From NCBI GenBank assembly GCA_051294375.1, contig CM119268.1, positions 17,176,502 to 17,240,501 of the forward strand: 64,000 nucleotides of DNA. Direction: 5' to 3'. The notes below the pieces were generated by a model. The model searched no databases. It was not told the DNA's origin and saw only the letters and a list, made by a program, of their open reading frames with translations. Both the position numbers and the translations under genes were made by a program. Below, piece by piece: positions 39,994 to 51,256 of the stretch (its first letter is position 1; each line of letters begins with the position of its first letter). The DNA comes from Paraspadella gotoi (Eukaryota > Animalia > Chaetognatha).

Positions 39994-42900
39994 TCACCTT
40001 CCATCACTAGTAGGTTTCTCTCTGTGAAGTAATCTTCCTCATTTCCCCTTCCTCCACCCCCAAACGGCCATCCCTCCCCTTTCACGCTATCCCCTCCTTC
40101 GCCTCCCTCCACAACAACCACCTCTTCTCCTCTTTTCTCCTCCCCTCCACCCCACCCACGCCCCTTCGGCCTTCCGCCACGCCCCCTCCACCGCCTCGTC
40201 CCCGCCCATCTCCCACCATCGCCTCGTCAAGGCCCAAAGGGCGAGGAGGGAGAGGGCGAGACCGAGGAATCCGAGGACGAGAGAGTTGGTGACTCCGAGA
40301 TGCATGAGGTCGACCACGAAGCGATTGAGGATCGGGAGGCCGAGGGACTGGGAGTCGGCCACCGATTCGGGGTCGGGATTTTGCAGGAGCTGGAAAGAGA
40401 TGGCGTGGGGAGATCGTGTCGAGTTTGTCGAATATTGTTACCGGGTTCAAATCCCGGAGGAGCCCATTGTATTATTTTATAGATATCATAGATGACAAAG
40501 CATTATGTAGTATTTTTAGCAAATGAAAGAAAATTAAATTGATTTTCAAGGTCATTCATTAAAATATAATAGGACATTTTACAAAGAACGACAGTCCACA
40601 TACAAGGCGGCTCGTTGGTCTAGGGGTATGATTCTCGCTTTGGGTGCGAGAGGTCCCGGGTTCAAATCCCGGACGAGCCCGTTAAGTTTTTTTAATCATT
40701 TACAGATTACTTTAGCATTATCTAATTTTTTTATTTAATATATATGCTAAGTATTATGAAATATTATATAAAAATATTGATATTAAGTCTTTAACATATA
40801 TTAGGATATCTTACATGAAACAACGTTAATACTTAATGTTGGCTCGTTGGTCTAGAGGTATGATTCTCGCTTTGGGTGTGAGAGGTCCCGGGTTCAAATC
40901 CCGGACGAGCCCATATGTGTATTTTTAATCATTTACAGATTACTTAAGCATTATCTAACTTTTTATTTAATATATACTATGATACATTAAAACAAAATCG
41001 TTATCAAAACTGAACTCAAACTGTCTCTAATATACTATAAATATTTAATATATATGCTAATCATTATAAAATATTTTAGAAAAAAATATTGATATTCAAG
41101 GTCAGTCTTTAACATATATTAGGATATCTTGCATGAAAGATCAGTAGAAACTAATGTTGGCTCGTTGGTCTAGGGGTATGATTCTCGCTTAGGGTGCGAG
41201 AGGTCCCGGGTTCAAATCCCGGACGAGCCCACAGAGTTGATCTAAAATGTGCACTGTTAAGGTCGTATATTTTAGCTAATACGAGTGCTACGTTTAGTAA
41301 AATATTTCCCTCAAGCTCAATCACGAAAGCACCAACTGCAACCAATCAACCGATGAACTTTTTTTTTCGCTACTTCACTAAAAAAATGCTGGCACCTGAC
41401 TCCGCCTGATCAGCACCGCCGGCACCGGCGTCTCTGGCATGGCGTCGACGGCGCCGAAAAGAGAACGGAAGAGCTGGGAGAAGCGGCGCTGCAAATCTGG
41501 AGAGAGGGAAGAGGAAAGCGGCGCCAACCAGACATTGAATTGGAGCTCGAGGGAAGAGTTGACCACAAGGCCTACGGGATAAAGAGCAATCAATCATTAA
41601 TTCATAAGCCAGCGAATGAATAAATAAATATATAATTAAATAGATAAAAGAAACACAATCAATCAATCAATTAGAAAATTACATTAAATTGATTTAAATT
41701 AAATTAGATTAAATTTAATTAAAATTAAATTAATTCATTAATTTAGAAAATATATAGATTAATTTAAGTTAAAATAATATGATCTTTTCGATCGAATCAA
41801 TCAGATTAATAACCATCGTTCACCGGTGAATTAGTTGCTCATCGTTACAAAGTAGCCCTGTACAACCGATTTACTTACCCGTGTAAGTTCCACTTCACAA
41901 ATGCCTCATCATACGAAGAAGATCCATTGAGAAATTCTACCGAATTCTCATAGGAATGATGATGATGATGAATGATGATGATGATGATGATGATTGATTA
42001 TGATGATGATGATGAGATGATGATGACGACGACGAATGAGAGGGCGTTCTGAAAAATGGAGACTTGCGAAAATGGGTAGACCTTCTGACACATTCCGACG
42101 CTAACGGACGCCTAAATTGAAGTAAAATTGTTCATTTTTACTATTATAATAATTATTAACATTATGTTATTGATCTCTCCCCGTTGGCTTGTTACCCGAC
42201 CGGAGCGCCTCCTGCCCACTTTGGACGAAAGTAACACTCGTGTGTCTTTGTTTTTCGAAAATCGTCGTCGAGGGAAAAGCGAAGTCGAGGGTCGACTTGA
42301 GAACGAGACTCTCACCTTGGAAGTAAGAGGTAACGTCAAGATGATAAATCACATCGATTACATCACGAACTAATATCTAAATATAACATCAGAGATTTTA
42401 CTTTTAAAAAAATGAATCTTTGTTCAGGATTTATAAAGCAAAAAAAGGTCAATATAGCGATTTTCTTTTTCTATTACTCTTGGGCCTTGGACATTGTTAA
42501 CATCTGATCTAATGAATTTTTTTTTTGGGGGGTAATCGTTAAATATCTTTGGATGTGATACATATTTTTATTAGGATGTTCAAAACAAAAACATACTTAA
42601 ATGTTATGGTTCAATGTTCATTCCGCGTCCGTATTGAATTTAATTTGATATTAGAGAAATCAGTAATCGATTCTCGCCAACGCTGACGGATCATTCTTTT
42701 TTTTTTCAGACGCTGACCCAAAAACCGGTTACTCATTCGATCGTCTCGATAATCCGGACCCTGACAGAATCTGGGTTAAACCGAGAAAAAACTATTACGT
42801 TGACCCATCTGTTAACAATTAACCGGCTGGCTAATTTATCTTTCGCTCCTTTTTGTATCAAATAATGTTTTTTACAGCTTGCGTAAGTTTGAGTTGGAAG

Positions 42901-43118
42901 CAAATGATCTGCCGGTAATAAAAATAAGTAAATGAAAAGACAAATAAATAATAATAAACAAATGTCCGACCTTGAGACTTGATGCGAACAACTCCGCAGA
43001 GATCTCCCGACATGAATCGCAATTCGTCTTCATCATCGTCGTCGTCGTCGCTTCCGATTCTGAGGGACGGAAAGACGAAGGTGCCGTCGACGGCGTCGTC
43101 GATTCCAAAGCACCTCTG

Positions 43119-43160
<42 letters not shown>

Positions 43161-45136
43161 CTCGTCGTCGTCGGATCCCCAATAGGATTTCAAGGAAGTC
43201 AGATTTCGCCAACGAGTCAATTGGTTCGTCCTTTTCGCCGACGCCTTTGATTTCGTGGGGAAAAGAAAAGGATGATTGGTTAGTGGTTGCAAAGCGAAAG
43301 ACGATTCTAAATCAAGAATCGATTCCTTCTCTCACTTGACGCGGCATTCCGACGATGACGTCCTTAACGACAGACCACACTCTCCAGAGGCGCTGGAGGT
43401 TGGTCCGGTTGAATCGGGTGTCGTCGACGCACGTAAAGACGCCGCTTGTGGAGGCGGCGTCCTCCGTTGAGGCGCCGGTCGATTCGGCGTCGATAGTCAA
43501 TCGGTTCCTATCAGTTTTGTTCTTTTTCTTGTCCTTTTGTTTTTTCTTTTCACTTTTATCCAAATGGTTCTTCGCTGAATTATTTCTCCCGCCCCCTGAC
43601 GATGTTTCTCCTTCGAACTCTTTTAACGTCCACCGGAAAATCTCGGCTCTCGTTACCAAATCCGGAAACCGTTCTCTGACGTCGGACCAGAATTTTCCGG
43701 AAACGCGAAAGCCTTTCGGAAGGAAGAGTCGGGAAAGGCGAGGTTTAAATATATTTATATTCTCTACTACGAAGTTTGTATATTTCGTTAAAAACTTTTC
43801 CATATTTATCGCTTTACATCGCTAAAATAGTGAAAATTTTATTGTTTGGTTAAAGTAATCACCAACATCATGTTTTCCGATCTTATAAATCGTAGTTACC
43901 TCTAAAAATAATCAATTACTGTAAAAATATCATAATTGAATTAATAATATATATTTTCACGTCCACTATTCCCGACCTTCCAACCACTCTCTCGCCGGGC
44001 GTGTCTCGAAGAGCTTCAGGCCATATTGTATATTTTGATATTGGATATTATTGTGAAAGAGAAGGAATCGCGTAGAGGAGTTTGAGGAGCGGGACGTTGA
44101 GGAAGTCACGTTTGGATTTGATAGACGATGATTGATGATGATGATGATGATGATTGATGATGATGATGATGATGATGGGTGTGAGAAGGAGGAGGAGGAG
44201 CGACGAAGCTTCCGACCACCGATAGCGGACGGTTGGCGTTGACGATGGAGTCGTCGTTTCGTCGTCGTCGTCGTCGTTGACTTCGTCGAATGGTGACGTT
44301 TTGCCGATCCAGCGATCGATCGTAGACGAAGGGGCCGAACTGAGAGGGATGGGATCGGTAAGATACATATACTAATACTAATAATGTAGTCGGGCATTGC
44401 CTAGGTTCACCCCGCCAAAATCATGACACTTTCAGTTGTGACCCGGTGGCTCATTGAGTAAAGCCATCAGCTCATGACCACTAGGTACCGGGTTCAATCC
44501 CCAACCAGGTACCTACCCTGCCGGTGAAGCGCTGAGGACGGCCGTAAGCCCGCTTGGGGCATGGCAACCCTCAAGCCTGGTTTCCAAGCCCATGACCGTT
44601 CCATGGCTACTAAAGGGGGTTGATAGGAAGTTACGGAGTCATCTTCAAGCCCACTTAGCGCCTTATCCAACATGGTGAGCCCATTCCTGTCGAGCATATT
44701 CCAACCTGATATCCAGGCCCCTTAGGTCTAGCTGAAGATTGCTCCGCTCCCTCCGACTCGGAAAGGCAGTGCAGGGTTGGGTTAACGAATCGGGGGCCGC
44801 CCATGTAGTCGGCTATTTGCCTGGTTCAGCCGCCCCCAGCAAATCTGACACTTTTCAGTTGTGACCGGGTATGGCTCATTGAGTGTAAAAGGCCAATCAG
44901 CTCATGACCACTAGGTACCGGGTTCCTATCCCAACCAGGTAATCCTACCCTGCGAGAGCCAGCTGTTCGCGAGACGGCCGGTAAGACCGCCTTGGCGGGC
45001 CGTGGCAACCCCTCCAAGCCTGGTGTCCAAAGCCCAGGAACCCGTTTCCAGGCTACTAAAAGGGGGTTTATAGAAGTTACGGATAGTTCATCTTCAGGCC
45101 CACCTTAGCGCCTATGCCACAATTAAATACATAAAA

Positions 45137-45169
<33 letters not shown>

Positions 45170-45951
45170 TAATAAAAATTACACATACTAATAATAAGGT
45201 AAAAGTATATTTAAAGAAATACGTTTACTTTATTTCAATGAAACTACGGAGAAAATAAATAAATAAATAAATATAAATATAAAAAATAAATTAAATTAAA
45301 AAATTAAAAAAATTAATAATGAGCCCATATGCCAGAAATACATAAAAGTTCCCCCACCTCAACAAGCTGCGGCTTTTCTCCTTTGCCCAAAATATTCTTC
45401 GGGCCTGTTGACGATGCCGAACATCGAGATCTGTAGCGGTCTGACGCCATGGAAGTCGCCGCCAGGAGGCAAAGACGGCGGAGGTGGAGGCGTTGCCCGC
45501 CTGAAAAAATAAATAAAAGGGGCAATCGCTAATCGACAAGATATAAGATCTTCAAAATTGTTTATATATATCAAATATATCAAACAAGCAATGTATGTCA
45601 CGCCAAATAACGAATCGATCAAAATATCAATCCTTGAATAAAATTAGCAATAAACTTACTCTAAAAAATTAATGTATATTATAAATATATAATGCAAATT
45701 CCTCGCCTTTGTGAAAATTGAATTCCGGATTTACTCTTCAATTTAAAATTAACATTNNNNNNNNNNNNNNNNNNNNNNNNNAAAACCTCTCCTCTCCTCC
45801 TGCGCCGCGACGGAAGAGTTGAGCATCCTCAACACCTCCACCTGATCCTCGATGGAAAGAGAAGAATCGCCGTAGAGGAGTTTGAGGAGCGGACGTTGAG
45901 GGAAGTCACGTTTGGATTTGATGACGAGAGATGATGATGATGATGATTGAT

Positions 45952-45995
<44 letters not shown>

Positions 45996-46218
45996 GTGAG
46001 AGAAGGGGAGGAGGAGGAGCGGACGAAGCTTCCGACCACCGATAGCGGACCGTGGCGTTGACGATGGTCGTCGTCGTTCGTCGTCGTCGTCGTGTTGACT
46101 TCGTCGAAGGTGACGTTTTGCCGATCCAGCGATCGATCGTAGACGAAGGGGCCGAACTGAGAGGGATGGGATCGGTAAAATACATATACTAATACTACAT
46201 AATAATAATAATAATATA

Positions 46219-46273
<55 letters not shown>

Positions 46274-46360
46274 TACACATACTAATAATAAGTAAAAGTA
46301 TATTTTAAGAAATACGTTTACTTTATTTCAATGAAACTACGGAGAAAAATAAATAAATAA

Positions 46361-46427
<67 letters not shown>

Positions 46428-47190
46428 AATAAATAAATAAATAAATAAATAAAATAAAAAATAAATAATTAAATAATTAAATAAATAATAATTTAAAAAA
46501 ATAATAATGAGCCCATATGCCAGAAATACATAAAAGTCCCCCACCTCAACAAGCTGAGGCTTTTCTCCTTTGCCCAAAATTATCTTTCGGCGTTTGACGA
46601 TCCGAACATCGAGATTCGTAGCAGGTCTGACGCCATGGAAGTCGCCGCCAGGAGGCAAAGACGGCGGAGTGGAGCGTTTGCCGCGCTGGTACAGTTTTTA
46701 CGATATAATTCTGTTTTTCAATAAAATAAAAAGGAATATAAAAGTATTCGTGACTTAGTGACTCATTTATCCAAAAATTTAGGAATTTTTTCTCTTTCTG
46801 CAAATATTCTGGGGGGGGGAGGGAGAAGATTAAGTCTAAGGAACGAGAGTCGTATATATCCGGATCGTATATTTCCGTATGCGAGCCTTTTCTCGAAATA
46901 CAGAGTTAATCATCTTACCATCAACATTCGGGGTAAGACAAAGTCGATCGCGGAGGCGAGACTCCAGCAGCCGCAGCATCAGCGGCGGAACGACGAAGAT
47001 GGCGACGATGAGAGCGACGACGCCGACGACGAGGACGACGATGGGTTTGAGAGAGGGAGAGGCGATGGGGGCGGGGCAGGAGGAGGGGAAGGAGCAGGAG
47101 GATTCGGGGGAAGAGGAGCAAGGAGAATGTAGGGGACAGGGGCAGGAAATAGGGGAGGAGGAGAGAACGGAGACTTCGTCGTCGTCGTCG

Positions 47191-47234
<44 letters not shown>

Positions 47235-47261
47235 GACGTCATTTCCTTTTTTCGCCTTCAT
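39994..47261 (-). CDS. Divergent CD36 / scavenger receptor class B family protein (two TM segments)
   Basis: ATG 47261, exon 47261-46919 with N-terminal TM (IVVLVVGVVALIVAIFVV). Further exons give VFASWRRLP...GEKPQLVE|FGPFVYDRSLDRQNVTF; DFLNVPLL; LFETRPAREWLEG; LTRWRNLTSLKSYW...CFGIDDAVDGTFVFP...FMSGDLCG (43244-42971); RHTSVTFV (42315-42196); SGLVVNSSLELQFNV..PVPAV (41571-41396); C-terminal TM (40389-~40155). These follow the CD36/LIMP-2 motif order. Exons between 44.0 and 46.7 kb are duplicated and carry indels. The last exon frame is ambiguous (stop at 39994 or 40007). Confidence 0.7.
40609..40680 (+). tRNA. tRNA-Pro (TGG)
   Basis: GGCTCGTTGGTCTAGGGGTATGATTCTCGCTTTGGGTGCGAGAGGTCCCGGGTTCAAATCCCGGACGAGCCC, the canonical metazoan tRNA-Pro; T-run terminator follows. 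Confidence 0.98.
40841..40912 (+). tRNA. tRNA-Pro (TGG), variant
   Basis: Same sequence with a D-loop G>A change and an anticodon-stem C>T change (G:U wobble). Confidence 0.9.
41159..41230 (+). tRNA. tRNA-Pro (AGG)
   Basis: Identical to the first copy except for anticodon AGG. Confidence 0.97.
44050..46690. repeat. Local duplication across a 25-N gap: ~44050-44384 plus ~45126-45500 recur at ~45850-46690
   Basis: The same CD36-like exons and intron appear twice with different 1-bp indels in each copy. Probable gap-filling or haplotype artefact. Confidence 0.85.
44385..45121 (+). mobile_element. TRIM-type non-autonomous LTR retroelement with tRNA-like (Pol III A/B box) LTRs
   Basis: LTR1 44385-44672 (TGTAG..AACA). 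PBS-like TGGTGAGCCC begins immediately at 44673. Non-coding interior of 131 bp with a G-run near its 3' end. LTR2 44804-45121 (TGTAG..CCACA). Flanks ATAA / ATTAA. Confidence 0.8.
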
Positions 47262-47576
47262 TTTCAAATGTGAAGGAAACGCGAAATTTCAATTATCTTC
47301 TGTTTTTTTTTAAATAAATAGAAAATTTGATTTGGTTTGTTTTGTTTTGTTTTATTATAAAACAAAAGTTTTCCTGGCGCAGTATTCGTTGTTGACTTTG
47401 AAAATTCAAGTCGCAGTTTTGTTATCGTTTCTTTTTTTCTTTTTTTCTTTTTTAATTTATTTTTATCGTAAATTTTGGCTTCAGAAGAAAAAAGATAAGA
47501 AAAGATCGAAGAACTGGTGTCAAGACTCGAAATGAGACTAAGATTTTCATCGAGAATTGTCAAGCTCTCTCTCTCT

Positions 47577-47642
<66 letters not shown>

Positions 47643-50363
47643 CAGTACCTTTCCTGACCAATCGGTATCGCCTCAGGGCAAATGATGTTACACGAAATTT
47701 GGGTTACCTCAACGTAATTGGGCTTTACACAAGAAAATTTTCTTAGCATGAAAGCATGTAAAAAAATACTGCTACGTAGAGATTACGAAAAATAAAACAG
47801 GAACGAGTTTCAACCGAGAAGGTATCCAAAAGGGAAAAACGAATTTAAAAAAAAATATCCATCGATCGATCGCGATGAGAGAGAGAGAGATAGAGAGAGA
47901 GAGACGAGAAGAGAGGAGGAAGGATGAGAGAGCAAGGGAGACTGAGGAAGAGAACGGAGATGGGAAGAGGAGATGGAGTGAAGAGGGACGAGAGAGAGAA
48001 GGGATGAGAGGGAGAGAGGGAGAAAGTGAGAGACGAGAGAGAGAGGGGAGAGGGGAGAAAAGAAAGAGTTGAAGGGATGTTGATCGATTTCTCTTTCACG
48101 ATCCACGAGTACACTGCGCCTAGACGGCGGCGGAGAAACAAGAGTGGAACAAATGATACTCACCGGACTGCAGCAATAATTATCGGCGGTGCAACAAGAT
48201 CATGATGACGGAGACGGAAAAAAGAAATCGATACTACTGCGGATAAGATGCGAGAGAATAAGCATGGATTGGCACAAGACGAAATGGAACGGAATCTGAA
48301 GGGAAAAACACACATTGGGAGTCCGTACACGGTAAGACCCCTTGAGGAAAGAACTTTCGAGTCCTCCCTTTGCGGCCAATAAGTTTTCCTGCCGGAAAGG
48401 AATACCTAGCCAAACACGCCAAGACTCACGAGTTCAACTACGACATTTTTTAACCGCCGACACCACGACTGTAAAATCCGAGACGAAGCCCTTCCTCTCT
48501 TCGTTGGTGCAAACTTTTTGGTGAACTAGAGTCGCAAGACTGTGATAATCACGTGTCGTCTCTTGGAATAATGTAATTTATGACTTTATTTTTATCAATA
48601 TAATTGTCTTAACTTTGTATGTTCTAGTCTTCATATTTTGAGTAAGTTTCGCTCACCTTGTTTGAGTAGAGTCTCGAGTAGTCCTGTTCTATGTTTTTTC
48701 ACCGTTGCCCAGTGTAGAACAAATACAACAGAGCAGAGATAGACAATGTATGAAATGTGTGGACAACTACTAAATTGATTCACTTTTCAGTGCCCCTAAA
48801 ATTTAAAACTTTATGTATGTGAGAGACCCCTCGCGTTTTTGATATTCCTGTGTATTCGCGGAGAAAGTCTCAACTATGGTTGATGAGAAAATTAATAAAA
48901 ACAGTTTAGAGACCTATATTATGGTTTTATTAAGTTATAAATTATTATATCGCTTTACGAGAAGACGATTACTCATCTGCTCCTAAAAAATTTTTTGCAG
49001 TGCGCGTTTTCAAGTTGGTTTTCTTCGCTCTCCTCTTCGATTTACGGTTACTCCTCTCTCTTATTAAAAGTTTCAAGCCTCTGGTATATTATTTCGGAGC
49101 TTAGGATGTCATTCATTAAGTTGTTAACCGCTGAAATAACAACTGTTCATGCTGTACCGTCCAAGAGGGTGCAAAGAAAAAGAAAAGAAGAAGCCGCCAA
49201 CCTCTTTTTAAATCTAGGAAAAGTCGACAGCTTTTCTATCTCACAGAGAAAGGAGCTCGAAACTGAATCAGGGGGGAACCATTCCTAAAAATATGTTTCC
49301 TTCTTGTTTTGATGAAAGTATAATGTATGGTAGGTAGTCAGGCTGTAACGATTAAAGATCGCTAGAATTTTTGTAAATTAGAAGGAATAAAAACAAACTA
49401 TTTGAATTACATGCCTCCATTGTGTTATTTTTATAACCTACCACCAAAAAAGCGTTGCGTATGAGAATTTTGTCAGAAAGTGTTGTTGGACTAGCACGAA
49501 GCGCCTCGGTGTTGAATCTGTAGGACTATAAAAAAAAGCTAGGATCCCTATCCAGTATTCCCCCAACTCGATGCCCCGAGATGGCCGCTCCCCCTCCCTC
49601 TTCCCTCCACGCACTAAACGTGTGGATCGCGTCTCATTCCTCAACAAAATCTTCGCGACTTTCTCGAACTCTCCTGCAACGCCCTTTTCTCTTTCACCGC
49701 GGGGTCTACCCCGCTGGAGTCTTTCGTCAAAAGCCTCGAAAGTACAGAGTTCCTGTCCGCGTTAGCTTTCACCCGGAGTTGCAGATACCTGAGAGAGACA
49801 TTGAAGGCAAGTAGGATCTTATAGATGATGCGAAGAGGTTACTGGCGATTGAAAAAATTATTGAGGATACCTCCAAATAGGATAGTCCAGTAATTTAAAT
49901 TTCCATGCTAATTTATAAAATATTCTTAGCTAAACAGTGAGCTGGAAGTGAGGTTTTAAACCAAAAAGAGCAATAGAAGTTGAAATACTAAGTAGATTTT
50001 ACACTACAAACTTTTANNNNNNNNNNNNNNNNNNNNNNNNNAATTAAACTAGAACTAGTTTTTTTTACGAGAAAAAAAACATAAAAAATAAAAAGCTTTT
50101 TTGTTTTCGTTTAAGTAAAAACTCGATCGTAGATTCCGTCCCCTTTGGGAGGAAGAAGAGGAGGAAGTCAATGAAGAGAATGAGTAGGAGGAGGAGGAGG
50201 AGGAAGAAGATGTGGTTAACAAGTAGGATGATGACGATGACGATGCGATCATGTGATGATGAAAAGCGAAACACGACAAACTGTCGCGAACAATTTATGG
50301 TTAAAGACTCGATTCAACGGGAGATAAAAAATAGAACAAAAGGTAAAAACTATAGTAAAAAAA

Positions 50364-50451
<88 letters not shown>

Positions 50452-51256
50452 GTGACACAGAAAAAAAAACAAATAAAAACGTAAAAAATGAAAAGAAAAA
50501 CATTGAAAAGAAAACTAAGAGTGACAGTAACTTATATATAAATAATTTAAATTAAATCAATCATTGCCATCACTGTATATATTTTTATAATTTGCAAATG
50601 AGACATATCTTGATGAATATAAATTCCTCAAAATATATTTATAAAATATTTGTTTTTGAAACTGACTTGTACTCTGGTGGCCGGCTCAGTGCAAAGATGC
50701 CGATGTTGACTCTCTCCGTCATCTTCAATTACGTCTGGTTTTCGGATATTTTTGTCACACATCATATTTTTGAGATAATAGGAAATAGAAAGATTGAACT
50801 ACCCATCGATTGATTAATAAGAGGTTGATTCATAATAATTAGACATAGAAAAATAAAACTAATCAAGCCACTGTTTTTTTATAGACATTTATGATGTAAG
50901 GATGCTAATTTTTTATATGATATTCTTTTTAAAATTTAAGCTTTTCTGTTCAGATGTCATTTAAAAATGATTACCACTCGAAAACTTATTAGCAAAGATA
51001 AAAAAAGAATTTTGCCGACGTTTTCCTCAAGCGTGCCCTCTCAGAAAAGTCATCAATTACGGTATTTGTTTTGAGTTCGAAATTCGTAAATGACTAAAAG
51101 CGGTCCAAGACTCAAACGGGAGCAAGGAGGTCTCTTATATTTTCTGTCTCGTCGGGGATAATTTCGTGTTTTTTTTCCTCTGTGAAAGAAGAGAAAAAGC
51201 CTTCAAGATAAATATTTATTTTTATTATCAATGGAAATAAAAAAAATAATAAAAGG

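Noticed and set aside
44715-44803. Hammerhead or HDV-like ribozyme in the TRIM interior (CTGAAGA...GAAA; GGCCCC...GGGGCC)
   Set aside because: Stem II cannot form between the core motifs, and I could not build a consistent HDV pseudoknot. The sequence is also error-prone here.
44385-45121. Reading the repeat as a tRNA-derived SINE dimer with an (AAT)n tail
   Set aside because: All copies start ~55 nt upstream of the tRNA-like part at TGTAG and end in CA. The solo copy has a 4-bp TSD and no tail, and the (AAT)n exists at the empty site.
49690-49760. Kinesin-like RNSxLxRLLxDS motif on the - strand
   Set aside because: Spacing is off by one, the preceding HIPY is absent and no other motor-domain exons are present.
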